From the NCBI GenBank assembly GCA_947378845.1, contig CANCLQ010000001.1, positions 63,755 to 127,754 of the forward strand: DNA of 64,000 bases, given 5' to 3'. The stretch comes from Opitutia bacterium. Its GTDB lineage: Bacteria > Verrucomicrobiota > Verrucomicrobiia > Opitutales > UBA953. The translations under genes were made by a program, and so were the position numbers. The notes beneath the pieces are model-generated. The model had not been told where the DNA came from. It saw only the letters and a list, made by a program, of their open reading frames with translations, and ran no database searches. Positions 29,581 through 38,352 of this stretch are shown one piece after another. Positions within the stretch are counted from its first letter, which is position 1; the number at the start of each line of letters is the position of its first letter.

Positions 29581-29650
29581 CAGCGAATAAGCCGACCGAA
29601 TGTCGGCAAGGACAGATTCAACCTTCAGTAACTATTTCAGCGAAAGTTGC

Positions 29651-31225
29651 TCACATCACCTGCGATGCTAATTCAGATAGTGCACTACGTACGCCGTGAA
29701 TGAGACGAACATTGGCCGTGATGGCATGCCCCTTCATTCGTTCGTGGGTGTGAATCAATCCGTTGGATTTACCATCGAGGTAAGGAGTGTCGACCTGATC
29801 TAAATCTCCGATGAGAACCACCTTCGAGCCTTCACCAATTCGTGTGATGACCGTCTTGGCTTCGTGAGGTGTCATATTCTGCGCTTCATCCACAATCATG
29901 AAGGCGTGACCGATGGAGCGACCGCGAATAAATGTCATCGCCTCGATTTCTATTAAGCCCGAGTCGATTAACCATTGATAGGGCTTACGCGGCTGACCCA
30001 CTTGTTGGAACTGTGAACCGAAGATGGGCTGCGCTGATTTCATTGCTTGAGCCTTCTTTTGTTTACGTTGTGAATCGGTTGATACCGACGTCTTAGCAGG
30101 TAAAGGCACTTGTGAGGATGCGGGCGCACCATTGCGCGAGAATAATACTTCTAAGTTATCAAAATAAGGCTGAATATAAGGCGAAAGCTTCTCTTCCTTG
30201 GTGCCGGGTAACGCACCGATGTCTTTACCGATCTGCACAACCGGTCGTGAAACATACAGCTTCTTGTAGGGCGAGAAATCGCTCAACACTTGGGAAAGCG
30301 CAGCTGCGATAGAAATAAAAGTTTTTCCTGTTCCTGCACGACCGAAGCAAGTGACCAACTTAATCTCTGGATTAAGTAAGGCGTCTAAGAAAATCCATTG
30401 CTCGAAATTTTTCGGAATCACACGCATGCCGCGTGGCATCTGCAAACCCTTGCGAGCTCCGCTGGCTGTCGACATAAATTCACGGTAGAGGCCAAGTGGA
30501 ACAAAGGCACCATCGCCCACGTGTCTTGCTGGCTCGCTCCAGGAATCTGACGCCAGCATTACGTACTCATTAACCATTGGCTCAGGATCATTTTTCAACG
30601 GCACAACAACCTGTGCGACGTCGCGAAAATCGCGCATCGCTGCTGCTGATATCGTAATCGTACGATAATCACCAAGGTCACTCGTCTCGATACGGTCATT
30701 GCGATAGTCCTGCACTTCTAGGCCCAAAGCTTGGGCTTTGAGTGACATACAGGCATCCTTGGTAACTAAGATAACCGAACCCTTGGTGGTGTCCCGGAGG
30801 TAAAGTGCCGAAGCAATGATGCGATGATCGGGTGCATCAATCTGCATGAATACAGCACGAAGCCTTTCGGAACGGGCACCTTCGAAATGCTCACGGATTA
30901 GGGACTCGTTGATAACGATTCGAAGTTCGCCGCCATCGCGCAAGTCAGCGTGTAGTGCACCAGGCTTAGAAGGATCACCTTCTGAAATATCTTTTAAAGT
31001 TCGGTTTTCGAACAATGAGCGGATTGAGCGGTTCACCCGTCTTGCGCTTGCACCGAGTTGACCCTGTTGGGTCTTTAATCGATCAAGCTCTGATAAAACC
31101 TCCACTGGTATCGCGACCGTATGCTCATCAAACTTAAAGAGCGACTCAGGGTCATGAATTAAAACATTCGTGTCCAGAACGTAGGTTTTTTTCACACCTT
31201 TACTATTCGGCTTAAGTTGCTTCAC
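29651..31225 (-). CDS. PIN-domain / PhoH-like ATPase (YlaK family)
   Basis: N-terminal PIN domain (YVLDTNVLIHD), Walker A (GRAGTGKT), Walker B region (MIVDEAQN) and GDLDQVD are present. Confidence 0.85.
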   Translation of the reverse strand: MKQLKPNSKGVKKTYVLDTNVLIHDPESLFKFDEHTVAIPVEVLSELDRLKTQQGQLGASARRVNRSIRSLFENRTLKDISEGDPSKPGALHADLRDGGELRIVINESLIREHFEGARSERLRAVFMQIDAPDHRIIASALYLRDTTKGSVILVTKDACMSLKAQALGLEVQDYRNDRIETSDLGDYRTITISAAAMRDFRDVAQVVVPLKNDPEPMVNEYVMLASDSWSEPARHVGDGAFVPLGLYREFMSTASGARKGLQMPRGMRVIPKNFEQWIFLDALLNPEIKLVTCFGRAGTGKTFISIAAALSQVLSDFSPYKKLYVSRPVVQIGKDIGALPGTKEEKLSPYIQPYFDNLEVLFSRNGAPASSQVPLPAKTSVSTDSQRKQKKAQAMKSAQPIFGSQFQQVGQPRKPYQWLIDSGLIEIEAMTFIRGRSIGHAFMIVDEAQNMTPHEAKTVITRIGEGSKVVLIGDLDQVDTPYLDGKSNGLIHTHERMKGHAITANVRLIHGVRSALSELASQVM

Positions 31226-31240
31226 CGCAATAAGGAAAAA

Positions 31241-31546
31241 TTATTTTATATCGTCGGCAATTTTCCGAAGGTACTCCCAGCTGTAGATTCCTGTTTTGTG
31301 ACCGTCGCTAAACTCAAACGTCACAGCATAGTTACCAATCCTTGTCATGGCCAACACTGACACGCCAGGAAACTGGCGCGGACCATCCCCGCCCCATCGC
31401 TGACCGAGTATATCTACTTCGCCCATGTTTTCGGCACTCGGTGAACGTTCTCGCAAGAATTCGCCGGTATAAAAATGTTCAACCGAGTCCGCCCATGTGA
31501 TGGCGACGAACTGCCCAACAATCTGAATATCTTTGGGCGGTAACAT
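31241..31546 (-). CDS. DUF971-domain protein (gamma-butyrobetaine hydroxylase-like N-terminal fold)
   Basis: About 100 aa from MLPPKDIQIV. Pattern L.I.W.D......Y....LR..CP/SA.......G......Y.W.YL. The upstream part of the ORF-track call overlaps the recR promoter region and was trimmed. Confidence 0.6.
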   Translation of the reverse strand: MLPPKDIQIVGQFVAITWADSVEHFYTGEFLRERSPSAENMGEVDILGQRWGGDGPRQFPGVSVLAMTRIGNYAVTFEFSDGHKTGIYSWEYLRKIADDIK

Positions 31547-31625
31547 TGTCCCGAAATTGTCGAGTTCTACCCCCTCCTGCAAGCGGAGAGAAACTATCGT
31601 GTGCAACCTTGACTCCCCTGACCCT

Positions 31626-32255
31626 ATGAAAAGTGTTGGGTCTGAACTTAAAGTGACGCCCACCTTCGAAAAAGTCCGACAACTCTTGCGCCAGCTTCCT
31701 GGCCTTGGACACCGCTCGGCTGAGCGTCTCGCCCTTTACTTACTTGTCGAGAAACCACAGACGCTGGCGCCTATACTTGAAGCCCTGCAGGCGGCTAGCA
31801 CCGCTGTTAAACGCTGCGAACGCTGCGGCAGCCTCGCCGAGGCACAATTTTGCGAAGTATGCGTCGATGCTAAGCGCGATCCGCACTCACTTTGTATTGT
31901 CGAGCTCGTACCTGACCTCTTTGCCATCGAACGCTCACAAGCCCACCGGGGTACCTACCATGTGCTCCATGGACGTCTCTCCCCCATTAACGGTATAGGC
32001 CCCGAGGCACTCAATCTCTCGAGCCTCGAGAAACGCCTCAAGGCCGAGCCCATTAACGAAATCGTGCTCGCCTTAGGCAATGACATCGAAGGCGAAGCCA
32101 CCTGTCATTACCTGCGCGATTGTATTTTTAATATTAGGAGCACCATTAAGGTTTCTCGCATTGGTTTCGGACTTCCCAGCGGTAGCGGGTTAACCTTTGC
32201 CGACACTGCCACACTGCGCAGTGCTTTAGAGGGGCGTCGTGATGTCGGAAACTAA
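31626..32255 (+). CDS. recR: Recombination protein RecR
   Basis: LRQLPGLGHRSAERLALYLL helix-hairpin-helix, C4 zinc finger CERCGSL..CEVC and a Toprim domain are present. I chose the ATG at 31626. Confidence 0.9.
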   Translation: MKSVGSELKVTPTFEKVRQLLRQLPGLGHRSAERLALYLLVEKPQTLAPILEALQAASTAVKRCERCGSLAEAQFCEVCVDAKRDPHSLCIVELVPDLFAIERSQAHRGTYHVLHGRLSPINGIGPEALNLSSLEKRLKAEPINEIVLALGNDIEGEATCHYLRDCIFNIRSTIKVSRIGFGLPSGSGLTFADTATLRSALEGRRDVGN

Positions 32256-33402
32256 TCCGCGACTGCTTTATCCGGACGCTGCTGAGTCTTACTGGCTACG
32301 CCAAGCAGAAGCGATTACACAACTTCAAGAAAATGATGCCATTGAACGGCTCACTCCCTCTGTGGCACAACTTTCGGATTTGTTCACGACCGAGCGGCCG
32401 GAGAAAAACTTTCCCGATTACTTTAATAACCCCGAGCAACTCGCTGCCTACGGTCTCTTCTTTTTACCACAGAGCTTCGTGCGCACTGCCTTTGCGATGT
32501 CGCAGGCGTTAGATTTTCGCAAATGGCAGCCGCCGCAAAAAGCGATTCGCATTCTCGACCTTGGCTCAGGTCCAGGTTCGTGCGGCACCTCTGCAGCGTG
32601 GCAACTACAAGAGCGCTTTTCATCAGCCGTCGATTTATCCTTTGTTGATCGATCTCCGTCTGCCTTGGTTGCAGCTGAAAATTTCGCTCAAGCAGTGTTA
32701 AAAAATACCACTAAAATCAGTTCTCGTATAGGTGATGCGAGCCGACCCGAGACATGGCAGCCGGGTTCATTCGACATTATAATTGCTGGCTTTGTCCTAA
32801 ATGAAATGAGCCGTCTAACGGAGAAAGATTTGCTCCAATGGGTTCAATCGATGTCGAAGGCTCTGAATCCAGGCGGACTCATACTCATACTCGAACCTGC
32901 GCTCAAGATCACCTCTGAGAGACTTCAGAGATTAAGTGATTCTGTCGTGCTGCATAAAATTATCTCACGTATCGGCCCCGACCTCGATGACTCACCTTGT
33001 CCGCAACTAGCCACAGGCATTCACTGGTCGCACGAGGTACGTGCTTGGACTATACCATCTGCTACCGAGCTGATTAACCGCAAACTGCATCGCGACCTCC
33101 GTGAGATACGTTTTTCTTTCTCAGCTTTTTCAAATCAATCACTTCCACCTGTTCCGACCAACGCGTTACGCATCGTCTCGGATATTCAAATTATAAAAGG
33201 CTTAGTGCGTTTCATCGGTATCGGTCGTGGTGCACTACAAACAATTGAGATCTCGACGCGTGGTTTATCGAAGCATGACATTAAAATTAAGGCCGCCTCG
33301 ATTGAACGTGGAGACACTGTCGCACACTCTTTGCCAGTGGCCAGCAAGGTTCGTTTGCCTGATTTCGACTCGTTGCAGATTATTTGGTCCGGACAGAGCT
33401 AA
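32239..33402 (+). CDS. SAM-dependent methyltransferase, Rsm22-like
   Basis: SAM-binding motif ILDLGSGPGS. Overall length and layout resemble bacterial Rsm22-family proteins. Confidence 0.6.
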   Translation: MMSETNPRLLYPDAAESYWLRQAEAITQLQENDAIERLTPSVAQLSDLFTTERPEKNFPDYFNNPEQLAAYGLFFLPQSFVRTAFAMSQALDFRKWQPPQKAIRILDLGSGPGSCGTSAAWQLQERFSSAVDLSFVDRSPSALVAAENFAQAVLKNTTKISSRIGDASRPETWQPGSFDIIIAGFVLNEMSRLTEKDLLQWVQSMSKALNPGGLILILEPALKITSERLQRLSDSVVLHKIISRIGPDLDDSPCPQLATGIHWSHEVRAWTIPSATELINRKLHRDLREIRFSFSAFSNQSLPPVPTNALRIVSDIQIIKGLVRFIGIGRGALQTIEISTRGLSKHDIKIKAASIERGDTVAHSLPVASKVRLPDFDSLQIIWSGQS

Positions 33403-33536
33403 GGAGCTGCGGTTACATGGTTGTCACATTCGACACCGAAATAACACCCTAAACCGCAGTAAATGCAGTTAATTCTACCTGAGTCAGCCTAGTCGTTACT
33501 GACAACCACAGATTAAAGACTCAGAGTGCACTTCGC

Positions 33537-35606
33537 ATGTTTAATCGCGAACTGAGTTGGCTTAGCTTTGATCGTCGGGTCCTTGAATTGGCCGAGGATA
33601 GCACTGTGCCACTCCTTGAGCGCGTTCGATTCCTCTCGATTGTAAGTTCAAATCTAGATGAGTTTTTCGAGATTCGTGTGGCTGGTATTATGCAACAGGA
33701 GGAGTCAGCCAGCCATCCTGCTACTCGTGAGTTTCTTCAAGAAGTACTCCGCCGGGCTCATGACTTAGTGGATGCTCAGCAAAAATGCTGGCACACTCAA
33801 ATCCTTCCTTCCCTTGCGAATGAAGGAATTAATTTCCGTGTTAGTGGTAAATTTAGTAAAGACGAACAACGTGAATTGTCTGAGCGTTTTGACCGCGACA
33901 TCTTACCTGCGCTGACACCGTTAGCCATCGATCCCTCCCACCCTTTTCCGGTTTTAACTAATAAGGGGCTCTATCTCTTGGCTCTGTTGCGTGATCCGGA
34001 AACCAAAGAGAGTCGTCGAGCAGTTGTTCCAATTCCTCGGGTACTCCCTCGCATTCTTGCAATCGGTAGCGGCAACCAACGGGCCTTCACTTTGTTAAGC
34101 TACGCCATTCAGTTATTCATTGAACGACTCTTCCCAGGACTTGAACTTTGTGGTTCCTGGGCGTTTCGAATCACACGCAACAGCGATCTTTACGTCGACG
34201 AAGAAGAGTCAGGCAACTTACTCGAAGCGATTGAAGAAGAGATCAGAAACCTCAGAAAAGGTGCACCCGTACGACTCGAAATTGAATCCAGCGCCCCTCA
34301 AGAAGAACTCACATGGTTACTTAAGTCCATCGGCCTCAGCCCCGAAAATGCATTCATGACCGACGGGCCAGTTAACATGATGCGCCTCAGCAGCCTCATT
34401 GATTTAGTCCCTCGCCCGGATTTACTTTACCCGCACTTCACACCGACTACTCCGGTTGAATTCTCAGAACCTAATAAGATTTTTAGTCGCATCGCGAAAC
34501 AAGACATTCTGCTGCACCACCCTTACGAATCCTTCACGCCTGTTGTAGACTTCATTCGCCAAGCAGCGAGCGATCCAACCGTGGTTGCAATTAAACTCAC
34601 TCTCTATCGCACAAGTGGCGATTCGCCCGTCGTCGAAGCACTCAAAGAAGCTGCGCGAAACGGCAAACAAGTAACCGCACTCGTGGAGTTGAGGGCACGA
34701 TTCGATGAGCTGAACAACATTGAATGGGCGCGACAACTGGAAGAAGCTGGTGCACACGTTGTTTATGGCTTGGCTGGATTAAAGACGCACTGCAAAGCCT
34801 GCCTCATTGTTCGTCAGGAGAAAAATGGCCTTCGTCGTTACGCCCATCTGGGTACAGGAAATTATAATCCTAAGACCGCGCGACTCTACACCGACTTCTC
34901 GTTATTCACTGCTGACGAAGAAATCACTGCCGACGTCGGCCTGCTCTTTAACGTTCTCACCGGAAACCTCTCCAAACCAAACTTTAAGCACCTATACGTT
35001 GCACCGTTTTACCTTCAACGTGGCATACTTGATTTAATTGCTTCCGAAACCTCCGCGGCGCAAGCCGGTCGAAAGGCATCCATCTTCGCCAAAGTTAATA
35101 GCCTCGTTGATCCAGATGTAATCAAGGCCCTCTACCTTGCGTCACAAGCTGGAGTTAAGATTGAACTAATTGTTCGCGGAATTTGCTGTCTAATTCCAGG
35201 TGTTGCCGGAAAGAGTGAAAATATTCGCGTGTACAGTGTTCTTGGAAGATTCCTCGAACACAGCCGTCTCTTCCGTTTTGAAAATTCAGGGGGTGAACCC
35301 GTTATTCTCTTGGGTAGTGCTGACTGGATGCCGCGCAATTTCCTTCGTCGAGTGGAGTGTGTGTTCCCTCTTAAAGATAAACTCTTACGCAAACGAATCG
35401 AAAAGGAGATCACGCAGACCTACGCGACATGCTTGGGCGACTCTAAAGAATTGATCGCAGATAGTTCTTATGTTGCTCGCCAACCTGAAGGAAGAAAAGC
35501 TAAGCAGGCCCAAGAGGTTTTCCTTGAGATTGCCGCTAGTCACTCGCCTGCCATCAAGAGCGAGGCTTCGAAGCGCCCAAGCAAATCCGCTCAACGGCAG
35601 CGTTAA
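33537..35606 (+). CDS. ppk1: Polyphosphate kinase 1
   Basis: MFNRELSWLSFDRRVLELAED N-domain, followed by two PLD-like C-terminal domains (HCKACLIVR, HSRLFRF). Confidence 0.95.
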   Translation: MFNRELSWLSFDRRVLELAEDSTVPLLERVRFLSIVSSNLDEFFEIRVAGIMQQEESASHPATREFLQEVLRRAHDLVDAQQKCWHTQILPSLANEGINFRVSGKFSKDEQRELSERFDRDILPALTPLAIDPSHPFPVLTNKGLYLLALLRDPETKESRRAVVPIPRVLPRILAIGSGNQRAFTLLSYAIQLFIERLFPGLELCGSWAFRITRNSDLYVDEEESGNLLEAIEEEIRNLRKGAPVRLEIESSAPQEELTWLLKSIGLSPENAFMTDGPVNMMRLSSLIDLVPRPDLLYPHFTPTTPVEFSEPNKIFSRIAKQDILLHHPYESFTPVVDFIRQAASDPTVVAIKLTLYRTSGDSPVVEALKEAARNGKQVTALVELRARFDELNNIEWARQLEEAGAHVVYGLAGLKTHCKACLIVRQEKNGLRRYAHLGTGNYNPKTARLYTDFSLFTADEEITADVGLLFNVLTGNLSKPNFKHLYVAPFYLQRGILDLIASETSAAQAGRKASIFAKVNSLVDPDVIKALYLASQAGVKIELIVRGICCLIPGVAGKSENIRVYSVLGRFLEHSRLFRFENSGGEPVILLGSADWMPRNFLRRVECVFPLKDKLLRKRIEKEITQTYATCLGDSKELIADSSYVARQPEGRKAKQAQEVFLEIAASHSPAIKSEASKRPSKSAQRQR

Positions 35607-36759
35607 AGCCTTCGGCGTCGCCCAAGATATCAACCTCTAACCGCACATACATAAGCGGTATAGGTGGACGGAAACGTGATTGCAGACGCACGGCATCTTT
35701 CTCCGTTGTTACAATCATATCCGCCTTTGTTCGGAGCGCGGCCTCAAGCACTTCATCTAAATCTTCGTCGCTAAACGAATGGTGATCCAGGAAGCGTCGA
35801 TTAGAAACCAAGATTGCACCCTGCTTTCGTAATGTGTCTTCAAAGCGTTCAGGCGTAGCGATACCTGAGAACGAAGCGACTCTCTTGCCTTGCAGGAATG
35901 TGAGAGGCATGCGTTGCGGGCCATCGATCTCGACTAATTCCTTTGGACTGTGGGCACAGGCAATAATTTCGACCTTGGGGTTATAGCGTCGAATTTGCGC
36001 CACTAACTCCGGTGCTGGTGGACCGCTTGATTTTGTAACAAATATATATGAAGCGCGGCTCAGGTTTTGCACCGGTTCACGTAAGATGCCGCGTGGCAAA
36101 AGTTTTCCGTTACCAAATGGGTCGTAGCTATCGACTAACAATAAATTGATCTGTCCGCGCAGCGGAAGGTACTGCAAACCATCATCGAGTAAAATCGTGT
36201 CGACCCCGAAGCGGCGCAATGCGAAGCGTCCGCCTTCGACTCGATCGCGATCCACCACCACTACGACTCCATCGGCAACTAAGTTAGTCGCTAACATGAA
36301 TGGCTCATCGCCCGCCTCAGCTGGGCCCGCTAGAACGCTTTTTCCGTCCGACACCACCAATGGTTCTGGACGCTGCCCTTGGGTCAACCAGCGCCAAAAA
36401 CGCTTCGGCATCGAGTCCGATGCACCTTTATATCCTCGAGATAAAATCGCGACCTTGCGACCCCTCCGAGCCAGGACTTGTGCCATTTTCATCACCACTG
36501 GGGTCTTGCCGGTGCCCCCAACGGTTAAATTTCCAACGACGACCACCTTACACCCTAGGGGCGTGTCCCGGAATAGTCGGTTACGATAGAGCCATAAACG
36601 CAGTCGAACGATTCCTTCAAAAATCCACGATAATACTAACAAAAACACTCTTAATACCGACGGAAAGAAGCCCTTTTCACGTTCATAAACCACCTCGACT
36701 GCGTAGGCCATTAACGCGTCTTTAAAGGTCGAAAAAAATCCTCGGTGATTGGCCGTCAT
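35554..36759 (-). CDS. lpxK: Tetraacyldisaccharide 4'-kinase
   Basis: [19 protein letters not shown]-loop, ILSRGYKG and ILLDDGLQ are present. Confidence 0.9.
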   Translation of the reverse strand: MTANHRGFFSTFKDALMAYAVEVVYEREKGFFPSVLRVFLLVLSWIFEGIVRLRLWLYRNRLFRDTPLGCKVVVVGNLTVGGTGKTPVVMKMAQVLARRGRKVAILSRGYKGASDSMPKRFWRWLTQGQRPEPLVVSDGKSVLAGPAEAGDEPFMLATNLVADGVVVVVDRDRVEGGRFALRRFGVDTILLDDGLQYLPLRGQINLLLVDSYDPFGNGKLLPRGILREPVQNLSRASYIFVTKSSGPPAPELVAQIRRYNPKVEIIACAHSPKELVEIDGPQRMPLTFLQGKRVASFSGIATPERFEDTLRKQGAILVSNRRFLDHHSFSDEDLDEVLEAALRTKADMIVTTEKDAVRLQSRFRPPIPLMYVRLEVDILGDAEGFNAAVERICLGASKPRS

Positions 36760-36827
36760 ATCGAACTAAGATGCAAACTTGTTTGACGCAGACAGGCAAC
36801 CCGATTGAGAAGGGACAACTCTGGGCC

Positions 36828-37232
36828 ATGCTTTACCACCTGTTGCGCACTAAGTTGCTCCGCGCCGAAGTCACCGGTGCTCGCCTCGATTACGAGGGCT
36901 CCTTAGCCATCGATAGTGAGTTAATGGCGCTCGTGGGTATGCTGCCTTACGAGAAAATTTTGGTCGGTAACATCGCCAACGGAGAACGCTTTGAGACCTA
37001 CGCCATCCCTGCCCCTGCAGGTACTCGCGAGATCTGTCTCAATGGCGCGACCGCCCACCTCGGCGAGGTCGGAGATCTTCTAGTAGTAATGACTTTTGCC
37101 GAAGCCACTGAAGAGGAAGCCAAAAACTGGAAACCTCGCACAGTCACCCTTTCCGATAAAAACAAACGAGTCGTCCGAATTGAAAATCCCGACGTCTCAG
37201 CCAATCTCCTTAAAACCTTTCACACTAAATAA
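36828..37232 (+). CDS. panD: Aspartate 1-decarboxylase proenzyme
   Basis: [23 protein letters not shown] contains the self-cleavage G-S site. I chose the start at MLYHLL rather than the upstream ORF-track start. Confidence 0.9.
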   Translation: MLYHLLRTKLLRAEVTGARLDYEGSLAIDSELMALVGMLPYEKILVGNIANGERFETYAIPAPAGTREICLNGATAHLGEVGDLLVVMTFAEATEEEAKNWKPRTVTLSDKNKRVVRIENPDVSANLLKTFHTK

Positions 37233-37241
37233 TCCAAAACC

Positions 37242-38321
37242 ATGAGCTACCGTCTTTATATTCCCGGACCCCTGACTATCTCAGAGTCCATCACCAAGGC
37301 CATGGGCAAGCCCATGGTTGGCCACCGCTCTAAAGACTTCGTTGCACTCTATGAAGACATGCAGCCGAAGCTTAAGAAGATGTTTATGACCCAAGACCCT
37401 GTTTACTTGGGCACCAGCTCAGCTTGGGGTGTGATGGAAGGTGCACTTCGCAACGTATGCCGCAAGGGCGTGCTCAATTGCATGAACGGCGCCTTTTCAG
37501 ATAAGTGGAACGATGTGGCTAAGCGCTGCGGTAAATATGCCGAAGCCCTTCAGTTCGATTGGGGCAAACCCGTCGACCCCGCAGCCGTCCGCCAAGCCCT
37601 CGCAACCGGCAAATTCGACTGTATCACATTCATCCACTCCGAAACTTCGACCGGCACGCTCTCGCCGATTGCCGACATCATGGCTGTGGTGCGCGAGTTT
37701 CCTGATGTGATTTCAATCGCAGACTCCGTAAGCTCCTTCTCCACCCTACCTATTAATAAGGACGAACTGGGAATAGATATTCTCCTCACTGGCTCACAAA
37801 AGGCCTTAGCGTTGCCTCCAGGCTTGGCAATCTTCGCCGTCAGCGAACGTGCCCGCGAACGTGCTAAGCAAATGTCGGATCGCGGCTACTACTTCGATCT
37901 TATCGAGTTCCACGATAACCACACCAAGGGCATGACCCCTTCGACTCCATGCATCTCGTTGCTCTTCGGACTCCAACAACGCCTCATCGAAGTCGAAGCT
38001 GAAGGATTAGAAAACCGCTTTCAACGTCACCGCCGCTTGAATGAACAAGTGCGCGCGTGGGCTTTTGGTAAGGGCTTCTCTCTGCTGCCTGAGGCTAAAT
38101 TCGCAACCCGCGGACTCAACTGCTTTAAGAACGATCGCAACGTCGACCTCGAGCGACTCAATAAAATCCTTAAGTCGCGCCATAAATTAGTAATCGATGG
38201 CGGCTACGGAAAACTCAAAGGAAAGACCTTCCGTATTTCGAATATGGGCGACGAAACCGATGCAACGATTGCGACCTTAATTGCTGCATTAAATGACGGC
38301 CTCGCAGAGCAAGGAATGTAA
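37242..38321 (+). CDS. Class V PLP-dependent aminotransferase (alanine-glyoxylate / serine-pyruvate type)
   Basis: Class V fold with the PLP-lysine segment LTGSQKALALPPGLA. Confidence 0.8.
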   Translation: MSYRLYIPGPLTISESITKAMGKPMVGHRSKDFVALYEDMQPKLKKMFMTQDPVYLGTSSAWGVMEGALRNVCRKGVLNCMNGAFSDKWNDVAKRCGKYAEALQFDWGKPVDPAAVRQALATGKFDCITFIHSETSTGTLSPIADIMAVVREFPDVISIADSVSSFSTLPINKDELGIDILLTGSQKALALPPGLAIFAVSERARERAKQMSDRGYYFDLIEFHDNHTKGMTPSTPCISLLFGLQQRLIEVEAEGLENRFQRHRRLNEQVRAWAFGKGFSLLPEAKFATRGLNCFKNDRNVDLERLNKILKSRHKLVIDGGYGKLKGKTFRISNMGDETDATIATLIAALNDGLAEQGM

Positions 38322-38352
38322 CCGGACTTGACCATCGGTTATAATCCTACGC

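Noticed and set aside
29591-29607. The hairpin GCCGAC-cgaat-GTCGGC lies between phoH and mutS and could be a terminator.
   Set aside because: On the transcribed (minus) strand it is followed only by UUAUUCG, which is no real U-tract, and it lies 10 nt before the mutS ATG. It is too weak to call as a feature.
31533-31663. Mutually overlapping 5' extensions of the divergent DUF971 and recR ORFs.
   Set aside because: Both conserved domains start later, at MLPPKD (31546) and MKSVGS (31626). Trimming leaves a normal 79-bp divergent promoter region.
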